Shown in pieces: positions 39,473 to 50,606 of a stretch of DNA of 64,000 nucleotides. Source of the DNA: Escherichia coli (GTDB lineage Bacteria > Pseudomonadota > Gammaproteobacteria > Enterobacterales > Enterobacteriaceae); NCBI RefSeq assembly GCF_003334765.1, contig NZ_QOWT01000004.1, one strand, 5' to 3'. Both the position numbers and the translations under genes were made by a program. The stretch's first letter is position 1; each line of letters starts with the position of its first letter. The notes beneath the pieces are model-generated. The model was not told where the DNA came from, made no database searches, and worked only from the letters and a program-made list of their open reading frames with translations.

Positions 39473-39913
39473 GTGATTCAGAAAATAAATATTTTAGACA
39501 GTAGCCAGTCAGGCGTTAAAAATGGGGCGGATAGTGAGGCGGTTTTGGCTGCGCTTATTGAACATTTAGAATTGATCAATCCTTCTGGCAGATTAAGCCA
39601 AAATACCCGTTCGGCAATGCTTCAGTTACGCGAAGAGGAATGGTCTGAATTCTTTTTTTGGTTGCTAAATTCTCTGGAGTGTCTGGATTATGTGATTATT
39701 AATTTAACTCCAGAAAGCAAAAAAACGTTGATGAGTGAACACCGTAACAATATTCAGGTAGCAATTGATGCTTTATATAGCCAACGTCGGCGTAAATCGC
39801 CGGGTGATGAAAGTGAAACACTTACCCGTAGAAATGACGCTATCTTCGGCAACCACGTATGGCAAACATTTGCGCAATACTTCCCGCCAGGACTTGAAAA
39901 ACCGTCTGTGTAG
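39473..39913 (+). CDS. ycgY: uncharacterised protein YcgY
   Basis: 146-aa ORF; position matches K-12 ycgY. Confidence 0.65.
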   Translation: MIQKINILDSSQSGVKNGADSEAVLAALIEHLELINPSGRLSQNTRSAMLQLREEEWSEFFFWLLNSLECLDYVIINLTPESKKTLMSEHRNNIQVAIDALYSQRRRKSPGDESETLTRRNDAIFGNHVWQTFAQYFPPGLEKPSV

Positions 39914-39991
39914 AAAAAACCATAGCTATGGTGTTATCTGCCGACAACGCCATCCGGAGAAGCCGAATGACGTTGTCGGAGTAAGCGCTGG

Positions 39992-41689
39992 TTAAGGTGT
40001 GGGTTGTGCCTCTTTGGTTGAGGGTTGCGTCGTTGCTGACTTAACGGTCGGACGCGTCGCCGGAACATTGTCACACGGTTGCTCTTTCGGGCAGATCAAA
40101 TCCAGCATTTTCAGCGTCACGCCATTGGTCCAGCCAAAGCCATCCTGTAATGGATATTCGCCACCGCCGCCCCCCGTTCCGGTGGTGCTGACATCATATT
40201 TTTCCACCAGCTTTTTCTCCCGGTCATAGGTGTGCTGAACATTGGTCAGGAAGTGCCAGCTAATGTCCATCGCCACCTCTTTTTGCCCGTAGTTTTGTAA
40301 TCCTTCTGTCGCGACCCACTGTAACGGTGCCCAGCCATTTGGCGCATCCCATTGTTGCCCACTTTTCACCGACGTGGTGTTCAGGCCGCCGGGTTGCAGC
40401 AGATGTGTTTTCGTCGCCGTCGCCATTTTGTTGGCGCGATCTTTCGCTGCCGCATTGACGTACAGCGGGAACAGGGCGGCCGCGGTTAACTGATTGCGCA
40501 CTTTATGACTTTTCAGGTCGTAATCGGCATACCAGCCTTGTTGATCGTTCCACAGGTATTTTTCGATCCCTTTTTGACGGGCATTTGCCAGCGTTTCGTA
40601 CTGGTTTGCCATCGCGTTATCTCCGGCAGCTTTGCTGGCGCGGGCGAGGATTTTTTCCATTTTAAACATCAGGCTGTTCAGATCGACCGGTACGATGCTG
40701 GTGGTGCGTAAGGTATTTAACTGCTGCGGGTTGTCCATCCAGCGCGAGCTGAAATCCCAGCCAGACGCAGCGGCAGAGCGCAGGTCGCGGTAAATTTCAG
40801 TGGCAGGTCGATTCGGATTGCTTTTGGCGGTGGCAATATCTTCCACCCATGACTCTGGTCGTGGCGTATCGCGATCGTCCCAGTAGCGGTTGAGAAGGGT
40901 ACCATCCTGAAGTTTGACAACGCGTTTTTCCTGTTGTCCGGCTTGCAGGTTTTCAACACCGTCCATCCAGTAAGCATATTCTTTTTGCATTTGCGGCAGG
41001 TATTGCTTCAACGCGGCATCGCCTTCATGCTGCGCCAGTAACTCTACCATCAGGGCAAAGAAGGGCGGTTGCGAGCGGCTTAAATAGTAACTGCGGTTGC
41101 CGTTGGGAATATGACCGTAAGTGTCTATTTCATGAGCAAAATTGGCCACCATATTCGCGACTTTATCCCAGTGACCGCTTTCGGCAAGTCCTAACATGGT
41201 GAAGTAACTGTCCCAGTAATATACCTCGCGAAAGCGTCCGCCCGGCACGACATAAGGTTCCGGCAGCGGTAACAGAGAATCCCATTTTTCGGTGTTTTCG
41301 GTAGAACGCGTTAATACCGGCCAAAGTCCGTCAATATGTTCGCGCAGTGACTGCCCCTCTGGCGGAACATATTTCTCGCCTTCTTTCGGCAGGGTGAAAT
41401 TGACGTTAACGAAATGGCGCAGATCAAATCCGCTCTGGTTTTGCTGCATCCGATAATCAGCAAGGATCATCAGCGGATCGCTGTTCGGCACGGCATCGGC
41501 AAAGGTTTTTTGGTCCGGAAAAAGTTTGGCGTTTTGCACATCATTAAACAGCGGCCCTAATAAAATATCAGGCGGCTGTGGTGTTACCGGTGTTTCTTCT
41601 GCCTGCACCGATAGCGCAGCGAAACACAAAAAGATACAGGCTGGAATTAACGCCATTTTTTGCGGGCGAGAAGGTGCGGGGGATTTCAT
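39992..41689 (-). CDS. treA: periplasmic trehalase
   Basis: Signal peptide then glycoside hydrolase family 37 domain; 565 aa from the second Met. Confidence 0.9.
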   Translation of the reverse strand: MKSPAPSRPQKMALIPACIFLCFAALSVQAEETPVTPQPPDILLGPLFNDVQNAKLFPDQKTFADAVPNSDPLMILADYRMQQNQSGFDLRHFVNVNFTLPKEGEKYVPPEGQSLREHIDGLWPVLTRSTENTEKWDSLLPLPEPYVVPGGRFREVYYWDSYFTMLGLAESGHWDKVANMVANFAHEIDTYGHIPNGNRSYYLSRSQPPFFALMVELLAQHEGDAALKQYLPQMQKEYAYWMDGVENLQAGQQEKRVVKLQDGTLLNRYWDDRDTPRPESWVEDIATAKSNPNRPATEIYRDLRSAAASGWDFSSRWMDNPQQLNTLRTTSIVPVDLNSLMFKMEKILARASKAAGDNAMANQYETLANARQKGIEKYLWNDQQGWYADYDLKSHKVRNQLTAAALFPLYVNAAAKDRANKMATATKTHLLQPGGLNTTSVKSGQQWDAPNGWAPLQWVATEGLQNYGQKEVAMDISWHFLTNVQHTYDREKKLVEKYDVSTTGTGGGGGEYPLQDGFGWTNGVTLKMLDLICPKEQPCDNVPATRPTVKSATTQPSTKEAQPTP

Positions 41690-42008
41690 CAATCATTCTC
41701 CTTTGGCGAAACCGAATAAAACGGTATTCAAGTATCAGAAAACCTTAGTTCAGGATCGCACTAGCTGCATGATCGAAATCTCATTCTGCGAACTGTCAGG
41801 CATTTTAGAAAAGGGAATTAAAGGGATAAATAACGGCGAAATAGAGTGATCAAATAACGTCTGTTTATTAGCCAGCCAGCGGCGTTGGGTTCGTGATTAG
41901 CGAAGAAAAATCATCATAAATTGGTGAAAAATATAACAGGTAGTTAAAAACCATTAGTGCTGAGTAAATTGCCGGATGACATCAGAACGATGCCATCCGA
42001 ACAGTGGC

Positions 42009-43427
42009 TTAACCCTGACGGTTGAAACGTTGCGTTTTAACGTCCAGCGTTAGCGTTTCTTCTGGTTGTATCGCATACAGTTTCTCACCCTGCTGGCAAA
42101 TCCAGCCAATCCCCAGTTCACGGGCGATTAGGGCGCTGTGGGATACCGGACTTCCGGCGCTAAGGCAGATACCTTTTACAACCGCCGGATCCAGTTGCAG
42201 TACTGTGGAAGGATAAATGTTCTCCGCCAGTAGAATAGTTGGCGAGTTAAACTGCGGGAGTTCTTCTTTCGTTTGGGTCAGGTGGACCAGGGTGCGATGC
42301 AGAAGATCGTCCACATCAATATAGCGAGCTTGTAGATATTCATCATCCAGTTGCTGGTATTGCTGGCTAAGTTCTTTAAGAACTTGCTGCCAGGCATATT
42401 CTGCCGTGCAATGTTCATGCTGAAGGAGTTCGCTTGCCGCCGCCAGCAGTTCCGGATCATCTAACAGTGTATGGTGACCAGAAAAGATTGCGGCAATATC
42501 GTCAAGCCCGCTGGCTTCTGCTTTCGCTGTTAACGTCATCAGATCTAATAACGTGAAGTCAATAGCCTGGCGTAATCGATCTTGTTCTTCTTCCACGGTC
42601 AGGGTTGATTTTGCCTGTACCGTACATAAAACTGGTTGATAATAAAAGGCTTTACCCGAAACAGGCGGAACGGGACGCAGAGTAGGTGGAGCGACTTCCT
42701 CCGTTTCACCAAAGTTATCTTCAGCCAGCTGACGGAAAGCGATCAGTGCCTCTTCAGCTTCTGGCCCTTTCGCAATCAGGCGCAGCGTATCGTTATAGCG
42801 AACTTGTAGTAACGCAATCTGGTTAATACTCTCTGGTGTGACGCATTTGCCGTTTTTTTCCAGCAACATATCGGCATTAAATGTCGATAAGGTATAAACC
42901 AGCCGGGAGGCCGGACGTACATGCAGGCCGTTACGGTTTTTTATGACCACCGCCAGAGAACGGGCTTCTTCATCGTACGCAGGACATGTGTCAGAGATTT
43001 CAGTGTCGGAGGACGGTAAACCCAGTTGTTCACGTTTGGCTTCCAGCGCATGCATGGCGTCAAAGATAACTTTGTCGATATCCGCCCCCGAGGCCGCGCT
43101 GACCGTTGCTGCCAGTGTACCTTCGACCAACGGCGCAGCACACAAACGTACTTTTGCGGCGATCTCGGGAGCCAGCAATTCCAGCGCAGTTTCAGCACTC
43201 AATAATGCGCTACCCATATCCATCATGACCAGCACATGGTCGGCATCAGCAACAGATTCGATGGCCTCCATCACTTTGACGGCATCGGTACCAATGGGAT
43301 TTTGTGGATCGTCAATTCCCGCGGCAATGGCGATTTTACAACTATCACTCATTAACATCTGACGGGCTAATTCACCGACACCTTCTCCCAGTCGGCTGCT
43401 ATGTGAAACTATGACCAGGTTTACCAT
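42009..43427 (-). CDS. dhaM: dihydroxyacetone kinase phosphotransferase subunit DhaM
   Basis: EIIA-Man-like, HPr-like and EI-like domains; 472 aa from MVNLVIV. Confidence 0.9.
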   Translation of the reverse strand: MVNLVIVSHSSRLGEGVGELARQMLMSDSCKIAIAAGIDDPQNPIGTDAVKVMEAIESVADADHVLVMMDMGSALLSAETALELLAPEIAAKVRLCAAPLVEGTLAATVSAASGADIDKVIFDAMHALEAKREQLGLPSSDTEISDTCPAYDEEARSLAVVIKNRNGLHVRPASRLVYTLSTFNADMLLEKNGKCVTPESINQIALLQVRYNDTLRLIAKGPEAEEALIAFRQLAEDNFGETEEVAPPTLRPVPPVSGKAFYYQPVLCTVQAKSTLTVEEEQDRLRQAIDFTLLDLMTLTAKAEASGLDDIAAIFSGHHTLLDDPELLAAASELLQHEHCTAEYAWQQVLKELSQQYQQLDDEYLQARYIDVDDLLHRTLVHLTQTKEELPQFNSPTILLAENIYPSTVLQLDPAVVKGICLSAGSPVSHSALIARELGIGWICQQGEKLYAIQPEETLTLDVKTQRFNRQG

Positions 43428-43437
43428 CACCAATTCC

Positions 43438-44070
43438 TTACTCTTTTGCGGCTAACGCCAACATTTGCATCATAAACATCACCGAGGTCGCGCCGGGATC
43501 CTGGTGACCAATACTGCGTTCACCGAGATAACTGGCGCGGCCTTTGCGGGCTTGCATCGTAATCGTACTTTGTGCAGCGGATTCGGCGATGCTACTGGCA
43601 GCTTCGAGCGCCACCGGAACAGAGAGATTTTGCTCGCTGGACTGACGTAACGATTCCACCACCGGCACCCACACATCACACATGGTTTTATCGCCAGGTT
43701 CGGCTTTCCCGCGACTGATTACGCCGTCCGCGCCATCGCGGAACATCTGATAAAGCTCTTCCAGTGTCAGGCTTTGCCGTGCCTGGGTCGCCTGTGCGGC
43801 GCGGATAAAGAAGGTACCGAACAGCGGACCACTGGCACCACCGACGCTGGAAAGCAGCGTCATACCGGTATTCTTGAGAATGAAACCGATATCTTTATCT
43901 GCGATAGCAGGGAGTTTTTCCACCACTTTGCTAAAGCCTCGGTTCATATTTAGCCCGTGGTCAGCATCGCCAATTTCGCGATCCAGTCCGGTAAGATACT
44001 CGCTCTCGGTGCTGAAAATATCGCCACAACGAGTGAGCCAGTTAACAATTTGAGTTCTGCTCAGTGACAT
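43438..44070 (-). CDS. dhaL: dihydroxyacetone kinase ADP-binding subunit DhaL
   Basis: Start at MSLSRTQ gives 210 aa; the ORF extends 26 codons into dhaK. Confidence 0.9.
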   Translation of the reverse strand: MSLSRTQIVNWLTRCGDIFSTESEYLTGLDREIGDADHGLNMNRGFSKVVEKLPAIADKDIGFILKNTGMTLLSSVGGASGPLFGTFFIRAAQATQARQSLTLEELYQMFRDGADGVISRGKAEPGDKTMCDVWVPVVESLRQSSEQNLSVPVALEAASSIAESAAQSTITMQARKGRASYLGERSIGHQDPGATSVMFMMQMLALAAKE

Positions 44071-44080
44071 TGCTTTCTCC

Positions 44081-45151
44081 TTATTTACCCCAGTTAAGGG
44101 CCGGGGTGTGAACCGGGGCGTCCCAGAGTGCCAGCGTTTCGTCATCAACTTTCAGTAAGGTGATTGAGAAACCGGTCATATCCAGTGAGGTGCAGTACGC
44201 GCCAATTAAATTACGTTCGATAGTCAATCCCGCTTGCTGGCAACGTGTGGTCAGGCGGTTATAGACGCCGTACAGCTCAGAAAGCGGAGTTGCGCCAAGA
44301 TTGTTAACCAGCGCAATCACCCGATCGCCAGACTGGAGCGGTTGTTTGGTTTGTTGTTCTTCCTGCCAACTGCCTTGTTGATAATCCCAGAAACGCAAAG
44401 TGCGATGGTATGAGCCATTTACCAGCAGGGTGTCGAACATTTCATCGACGGTTTGATCAAGGGAAGAGAAGGGGCGGCGGTCAATACCCGGCTCACCATG
44501 AATGCCGACGCCAAACTCCATCTCATTATCCGCCAGGGTAAAAGAAGGTTTGCCCGCGGCAGGAACGGTACAGGCACCGAGAGCGATACCTATTGAGTGG
44601 CCTTGATTATTCAGCTTACGCCCCAGTTCCGCACAGGCGTCCAGTGAGTCGCCACGCTCCGCCGCTGCGCCTACGAGTTTTTCAATTAATACGGTGTTGG
44701 CAACGCCGCGTCGCCCGGCAGTATAAAGACTGTCTTTTACCGCAACGTCGTCATCAATGACCACAGTGGTCACTTTTACGCCGCTATCGTGCAGTAACTC
44801 GGTCGCTGTTTCAAAGTTAAGAATATCGCCGGTGTAATTTTTGATAATCAACAGTACACCTTCGCCGCCATCAACTTGCATGGCGCATTCAAAGATTTTA
44901 TCGGGCGTCGGTGAGGTGAAAATTTCGCCCGGACAGGCCCCCGAAAGCATCCCCTGACCGATATAACCACAGTGCATCGGCTCGTGTCCGCTGCCGCCAC
45001 CCGACAGCAGGGCGACTTTTCCTTCAACAGGGGCATCAGCTCGGGTGACATACACCGGATCCTGATGCAGTGTCAGCGATGGATGCGCTTTCGCCAGTCC
45101 TGCCAGTTGTTCGTCCAGTACGTCTTGCACATCATTGATCAATTTTTTCAT
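44081..45151 (-). CDS. dhaK: dihydroxyacetone kinase substrate-binding subunit DhaK
   Basis: Start at MKKLINDV gives 356 aa; 10-bp gaps between dhaK, dhaL and dhaM. Confidence 0.9.
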   Translation of the reverse strand: MKKLINDVQDVLDEQLAGLAKAHPSLTLHQDPVYVTRADAPVEGKVALLSGGGSGHEPMHCGYIGQGMLSGACPGEIFTSPTPDKIFECAMQVDGGEGVLLIIKNYTGDILNFETATELLHDSGVKVTTVVIDDDVAVKDSLYTAGRRGVANTVLIEKLVGAAAERGDSLDACAELGRKLNNQGHSIGIALGACTVPAAGKPSFTLADNEMEFGVGIHGEPGIDRRPFSSLDQTVDEMFDTLLVNGSYHRTLRFWDYQQGSWQEEQQTKQPLQSGDRVIALVNNLGATPLSELYGVYNRLTTRCQQAGLTIERNLIGAYCTSLDMTGFSITLLKVDDETLALWDAPVHTPALNWGK

Positions 45152-45265
45152 TATTTTGCTCCAGCAATTACGGTAGGGCATGGATGATGTTCAACGACAC
45201 GGCGACCACTGACTGCCGATGAATCCATTGTGCATCAGGCAAGGGAAAAGAAAATTAGCCCAAAT

Positions 45266-45286
45266 TATGTTTCATAGTGAAACATA
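45266..45286. promoter_or_regulatory. candidate DhaR operator (palindrome) in the dhaK-dhaR intergenic region
   Basis: TATGTTTCA-tag-TGAAACATA with perfect 9-bp arms; a second imperfect GTTCCA-N3-TGAAAC site at 45299-45314. Confidence 0.45.
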
Positions 45287-45378
45287 TGCTTTAATGAATG
45301 TTCCATATTGAAACTTTTACGTGTATTAATACTTAAAATTGCGAGCCGGAACACCTTTTGTCATAAGGGATGCGGGAT

Positions 45379-47298
45379 ATGAGTGGCGCTTTTAACAACG
45401 ATGGTCGGGGCATATCTCCCTTAATTGCAACCTCCTGGGAGCGATGCAATAAGCTGATGAAACGGGAGACATGGAACGTACCACATCAGGCCCAGGGCGT
45501 GACATTTGCTTCTATTTATCGGCGTAAGAAAGCGATGCTGACGCTCGGGCAGGCTGCGCTGGAAGATGCCTGGGAATATATGGCACCGCGAGAGTGTGCG
45601 CTGTTTATCCTCGATGAAACCGCCTGCATTCTCAGCCGTAATGGCGATCCGCAAACCTTGCAGCAGCTAAGTGCACTGGGATTCAATGACGGCACGTATT
45701 GCGCCGAGGGAATTATTGGTACTTGTGCGCTATCGTTAGCGGCTATCTCTGGTCAGGCCGTGAAAACGATGGCCGATCAACATTTCAAACAGGTACTCTG
45801 GAACTGGGCCTTTTGTGCAACGCCGTTGTTTGACAGCAAGGGCCGATTGACGGGAACAATAGCGCTGGCGTGTCCGGTTGAGCAAACTACCGCAGCTGAT
45901 TTGCCGTTGACGTTGGCAATCGCCCGCGAGGTCGGAAATTTACTGCTGACGGACAGTTTGCTCGCTGAAACTAACCGTCATTTAAATCAACTTAATGCCC
46001 TGTTAGAAAGTATGGATGATGGCGTGATTAGCTGGGACGAGCAGGGTAATTTGCAATTTATTAATGCCCAGGCGGCGCGGGTCTTGCGCCTTGACGCGAC
46101 GGCAAGTCAGGGACGGGCAATCACTGAACTCTTAACGTTACCCGCCGTATTGCAACAAGCAATAAAACAGGCACATCCGCTCAAACACGTAGAAGCAACC
46201 TTTGAAAGCCAGCACCAGTTTATTGATGCGGTGATAACCCTTAAACCGATAATAGAAACGCAGGGAACCAGCTTTATTTTGTTGCTCCATCCTGTGGAAC
46301 AGATGCGGCAGTTGATGACCAGTCAATTAGGAAAAGTCAGCCATACCTTCGCTCATATGCCACAGGACGATCCGCAAACCCGCCGCTTGATTCATTTTGG
46401 TCGCCAGGCGGCGCGCAGTAGCTTTCCTGTCCTGCTTTGTGGAGAAGAGGGCGTGGGCAAGGCACTGCTAAGTCAGGCAATTCATAATGAAAGCGAGCGT
46501 GCTGCAGGTCCTTATATCGCCGTCAATTGTGAGTTATATGGTGATGCTGCGCTGGCGGAAGAATTTATTGGTGGCGATCGCACGGACAATGAAAATGGCC
46601 GTCTGAGTCGGCTGGAACTGGCACACGGCGGCACGCTGTTTCTTGAAAAGATTGAATATCTGGCGGTGGAGTTACAGTCTGCTTTGCTTCAGGTTATCAA
46701 GCAGGGGGTTATCACGCGACTGGATGCGCGGCGTTTAATACCAATTGATGTCAAAGTGATTGCAACAACGACCGCGGACCTCGCAATGCTGGTGGAACAA
46801 AATCGTTTTAGTCGCCAGCTGTATTACGCGCTGCATGCATTTGAAATTACCATCCCGCCTCTGCGTATGCGGCGTGGCAGCATTCCGGCGCTGGTGAATA
46901 ACAAATTACGCAGTCTTGAAAAACGCTTCTCTACGCGGCTGAAAATTGATGACGATGCCCTCGCTCGCCTGGTTTCTTGTGCATGGCCAGGCAACGATTT
47001 TGAACTTTACAGCGTCATCGAGAATCTTGCTCTGAGTAGTGATAACGGGCGCATTCGCGTCAGTGATTTGCCGGAACATCTGTTTACCGAGCAGGCGACA
47101 GATGATGTCAGCGCCACCCGCCTTTCCACCAGTCTGTCATTTGCGGAAGTTGAAAAAGAGGCAATTATTAACGCAGCCCAGGTCACAGGCGGTCGCATTC
47201 AGGAAATGTCGGCTTTACTTGGGATCGGCCGCACTACGCTGTGGCGGAAAATGAAGCAACATGGCATTGATGCAGGGCAGTTTAAGCGCCGGGTATGA
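45379..47298 (+). CDS. dhaR: sigma-70-dependent AAA+ transcriptional activator of the dha operon
   Basis: GAF/PAS sensor region, AAA+ domain and C-terminal Fis-type helix-turn-helix; 639 aa from MSGAFNN. Confidence 0.9.
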   Translation: MSGAFNNDGRGISPLIATSWERCNKLMKRETWNVPHQAQGVTFASIYRRKKAMLTLGQAALEDAWEYMAPRECALFILDETACILSRNGDPQTLQQLSALGFNDGTYCAEGIIGTCALSLAAISGQAVKTMADQHFKQVLWNWAFCATPLFDSKGRLTGTIALACPVEQTTAADLPLTLAIAREVGNLLLTDSLLAETNRHLNQLNALLESMDDGVISWDEQGNLQFINAQAARVLRLDATASQGRAITELLTLPAVLQQAIKQAHPLKHVEATFESQHQFIDAVITLKPIIETQGTSFILLLHPVEQMRQLMTSQLGKVSHTFAHMPQDDPQTRRLIHFGRQAARSSFPVLLCGEEGVGKALLSQAIHNESERAAGPYIAVNCELYGDAALAEEFIGGDRTDNENGRLSRLELAHGGTLFLEKIEYLAVELQSALLQVIKQGVITRLDARRLIPIDVKVIATTTADLAMLVEQNRFSRQLYYALHAFEITIPPLRMRRGSIPALVNNKLRSLEKRFSTRLKIDDDALARLVSCAWPGNDFELYSVIENLALSSDNGRIRVSDLPEHLFTEQATDDVSATRLSTSLSFAEVEKEAIINAAQVTGGRIQEMSALLGIGRTTLWRKMKQHGIDAGQFKRRV

Positions 47299-47397
47299 AA
47301 GACAGAAACGATTTCTGATACATCAGAGTGATCTGTATTTCATTCCGGCGCACGCTAACAATTTTCAGCATCGTTTAAGGGCTTGTCTATCCCGCAC

Positions 47398-50265
47398 TTA
47401 AAAGCTGAAGCGATATCCTCCGTTGACTTGCTTCTGATCAAAGAGGTTACCCTGCGTGTAATCCGCTTCGAGATAGAATGTGTGCTGTTTGTTATACTGT
47501 GCACTGACTCCCACGCCGTTATTCCAGCCATTACCTTTGAAACTGTACTTCTCCCGGGAGTTGTTCAACAGATATTCGGTATCCCCTGAAAACTCGCGGA
47601 TAGCGCCAGTCTTCACATAGACATTCAGCTGGCTGTTGCCTGCGGTGATGTCATACCCCAGTATCATGCTGGCACGCCCCAGCAGCGATTCGTAGTGATT
47701 CAGATGTATATTGAGGCCATTACTCGCCTTCATAGTCATCTCATTCTGGTGGCTGTATGTAAGCTGGGTTTGCGGCTCTATATAGAACCCATAACCAGTA
47801 GGGGACAGGTTGAACCTCTGCCCGGCTTCCAGGGAGATGCTCATTCCATTCGCAGTGCCGTTGGCGTTAACGCCGTTGTTCTGACTGTCCAGTACGTGGA
47901 AACTATTTTTCTGGCGCGATGCTTTTATAACGAGATCGCTGTAAAAACCGTTTTGTGCCATGTAACTGGCGTACATTCCCATGTAGTCTGAACGTGCGGT
48001 ACCGTCGCCTCCGCTATAGTCCGGCGATGCATGTGTTGAGCCAATATACAGACCGACATACAACGGCATTACATCAGAGAGACGTTTATCCCCACCAAAC
48101 TGGATACCGCTGTAACCCATGTCAAAGCCGCTCAGTTTGCCACTGGCAAAGGAGTCCAGGCTTCCCCCATAACTGCGCAACCAGATATTACCGTCTTTAC
48201 TCTGATTTCGCAGGTCACCCATCCGTTGCATCAGCGTACGGTTTTCAACATAGTTCAATAAGTAACCGACATTGAGATAATTGCCGCCAGCATCTGCGGT
48301 CGTGGTGGGTTTAGGCGTGGGAGCGGGTTCAGGCGTAGGATCGGGGTTGACTATGGGAGGCTGAGCGGGAGCTGGTGTGGGTTCAGGATTAGGAGTCGGT
48401 TCCGGAACTGTCCCGGAAGCGTAAAGCTCCCAGTTAGTGCCATTTTTACGCACATCGTACAGATATCCCCCCAACTCAACCTGAGAAGACGCGCTGAACG
48501 AGGCCGCGCCGTCAGTGGTTTTTACCACTGTCAGAACTTCATTTCCCGTTGTGGCCTCGCTGCCCTGGTTGCGGATAGCCAATACGTGATTACCAGCACT
48601 ACTCCCGCTGATATTCAATAAATCCCCTTTATTATTAACGCCATTACCCTCGCCAACAACATCAGCACGCATAATAAAGGTACTGTTACCGCTCAGGTTC
48701 TCTACGTTTAATGTGGCAAATGTGCCGGCAGTTGACCCGTGGCTGGCAAAATCGACAGTTGAATGGCTCAGCGCCAGCGTGTCGAGATTAGAATTACTTG
48801 TTACGTTCCAGACGCTGTTATTCATTGCAACGTCCAGTTTTCCGCCATTGACATTATCGCTGAGGGAGGAACCTGTCCAAACCGACCCAGGGTGCATATC
48901 CAGATTGATTAGCCCACCTTTGGAAAGAACGCTACCGTTGATAAGCATACGACCCGAGGCGTTGATGCGGCTGGCGGCATAACCATCGTCATGTTGCGTT
49001 GCGATGGCCATCTGGTCGGGTGTACTCATATCAATGACCAGATCGCTCGTGAGGTCGATCTGGCTGTTGGTCATGGCATAAATTCCCCTGGCTCCTGCCG
49101 CGCCGGTGATAGCCAAACTGTCTCCGGTTATTCTACCGCCGCTGAGAGCCCACAAACCCAGCGCCAGACTGCCATTACGATCAACTGTAATATCGGTATT
49201 TTGCATGTTGACAACAGCCGTTGCCGTCTGGGCCGAGGCACCATAAGAACCGCCGGAAAAGATGCTGTTTCGTTGCGCTGCCGTGCCAGTAAAATTGATT
49301 ATCGCGTCTGAACCACTGGTGACGAGGCCACCGCCCTGCGCGGAAGAAATATGGCTATCTGCACCGATAGTGGTTGTACCACCACGAACTTCGACGCCAT
49401 TGGCCGCGGCTCCAGTTACATCAACAGTGAGTGCATTCGCGCTAACCTGGCCAAAGCTCCAGAGGCCGTGAGCATTATCGCCATTGGTTTTAATGGTACT
49501 GTTTGTTCCGAGATCGACAACAGAGTTTTTCTGTACGTTTATCCCCATGGCGCTGTAGCCCTGAACATCGATTGTCAGGTCTGTAGCCGTAAAACGCGCA
49601 GCACCATTGGCGTTATTGCCGTTGAGACCACCGATATAAACACCTGTACTTCCATCGGTCGTGATTTTACTTCCGCTTCCAAGATCGACACTGGTGCCAT
49701 AGTCATTGATGGTTAGGCCTATACCGTTCGAGTTTTCAATGGTGAATTGAGTGGCTGTTAGTGTTGAGCTATGCCCAATAATGATGCCGTCATCGTTACT
49801 CTTAATGGTGCTGCCTGTGCCTAAGTCAGCATGGGTATAGTCACCAATTAAGTTAATGCCGATGGCAGAGGTTTGACCAACAACATCTACTGTGAGTCGG
49901 TTAGCTGTCAGGGAGCTGTTTTTGCCCTGAATAATGATTCCTTTTGCATATCCAGAGGCGTCGTTGACATTGACGGTGACATCATTACCCAGGTTGATAT
50001 TGCCAGGCGTGTTTCCTGCTGGGGTCATTACACCATAGAGGTTTCCTGATGGATCGGCGGTATCTCCTGTAATTCTGTCACCATCATTAATAGTAATATT
50101 GGTGCCATATTGACTTCCTGTATCAGCAGCTATCAGCAGGGGGGAAAAGATAATTGCATTCAAACCAATAGCGCCAAATTTTATCAGTTGAATTGAGGGC
50201 GAACGGATTTTTAATTCAGCGAGACGATCTGCTTTGGTATTCCCATTGTGTTGTTTGATGCCCAT
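47398..50265 (-). CDS. ycgV: autotransporter adhesin-like protein YcgV
   Basis: 955-aa ORF with repetitive passenger domain, Pro-rich linker (PEPTPNPEPTPAPAQPPIVNPDPTPEPAPTPKPTT) and C-terminal beta-barrel ending ...GGYRFSF. Confidence 0.85.
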   Translation of the reverse strand: MGIKQHNGNTKADRLAELKIRSPSIQLIKFGAIGLNAIIFSPLLIAADTGSQYGTNITINDGDRITGDTADPSGNLYGVMTPAGNTPGNINLGNDVTVNVNDASGYAKGIIIQGKNSSLTANRLTVDVVGQTSAIGINLIGDYTHADLGTGSTIKSNDDGIIIGHSSTLTATQFTIENSNGIGLTINDYGTSVDLGSGSKITTDGSTGVYIGGLNGNNANGAARFTATDLTIDVQGYSAMGINVQKNSVVDLGTNSTIKTNGDNAHGLWSFGQVSANALTVDVTGAAANGVEVRGGTTTIGADSHISSAQGGGLVTSGSDAIINFTGTAAQRNSIFSGGSYGASAQTATAVVNMQNTDITVDRNGSLALGLWALSGGRITGDSLAITGAAGARGIYAMTNSQIDLTSDLVIDMSTPDQMAIATQHDDGYAASRINASGRMLINGSVLSKGGLINLDMHPGSVWTGSSLSDNVNGGKLDVAMNNSVWNVTSNSNLDTLALSHSTVDFASHGSTAGTFATLNVENLSGNSTFIMRADVVGEGNGVNNKGDLLNISGSSAGNHVLAIRNQGSEATTGNEVLTVVKTTDGAASFSASSQVELGGYLYDVRKNGTNWELYASGTVPEPTPNPEPTPAPAQPPIVNPDPTPEPAPTPKPTTTADAGGNYLNVGYLLNYVENRTLMQRMGDLRNQSKDGNIWLRSYGGSLDSFASGKLSGFDMGYSGIQFGGDKRLSDVMPLYVGLYIGSTHASPDYSGGDGTARSDYMGMYASYMAQNGFYSDLVIKASRQKNSFHVLDSQNNGVNANGTANGMSISLEAGQRFNLSPTGYGFYIEPQTQLTYSHQNEMTMKASNGLNIHLNHYESLLGRASMILGYDITAGNSQLNVYVKTGAIREFSGDTEYLLNNSREKYSFKGNGWNNGVGVSAQYNKQHTFYLEADYTQGNLFDQKQVNGGYRFSF

Positions 50266-50606
50266 ACCACTCCTATATAGTACCCAGACTATGGGTCTAT
50301 GGATTTTGTCATTTTGTTTAAATCAATGAATAATATCCTCTTATCATCATGATATTTGTATGGTGCAATCATGATGAGCTTCTCAGAGAATAATTCTCTA
50401 TTACCGGGCAAAATCAGGAACACAGGAATTAATATATATTTAACATCCCCCTTACAAAGGTGAGTTTATATCGAGTTATTCCCTAAGTTGTCGTTACTTA
50501 TTCCAATTCGTTACTATAAATATGGCAAAAATATTACAACAAACAGCGGTTAAAAAATTTGGTGAAGATTTTTTGTAATAATCCTAATTAGTTATGGGAA
50601 TTTCGC

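Noticed and set aside
39939-39980. Inverted repeat CCGACAACG-N23-CGTTGTCGG between ycgY and treA; also AGCCGGAT-N36-ATCCGGCT after dadX (34271-34322).
   Set aside because: Large loops and no T-runs; partial resemblance to REP elements but no match to the REP consensus I can verify without a search.
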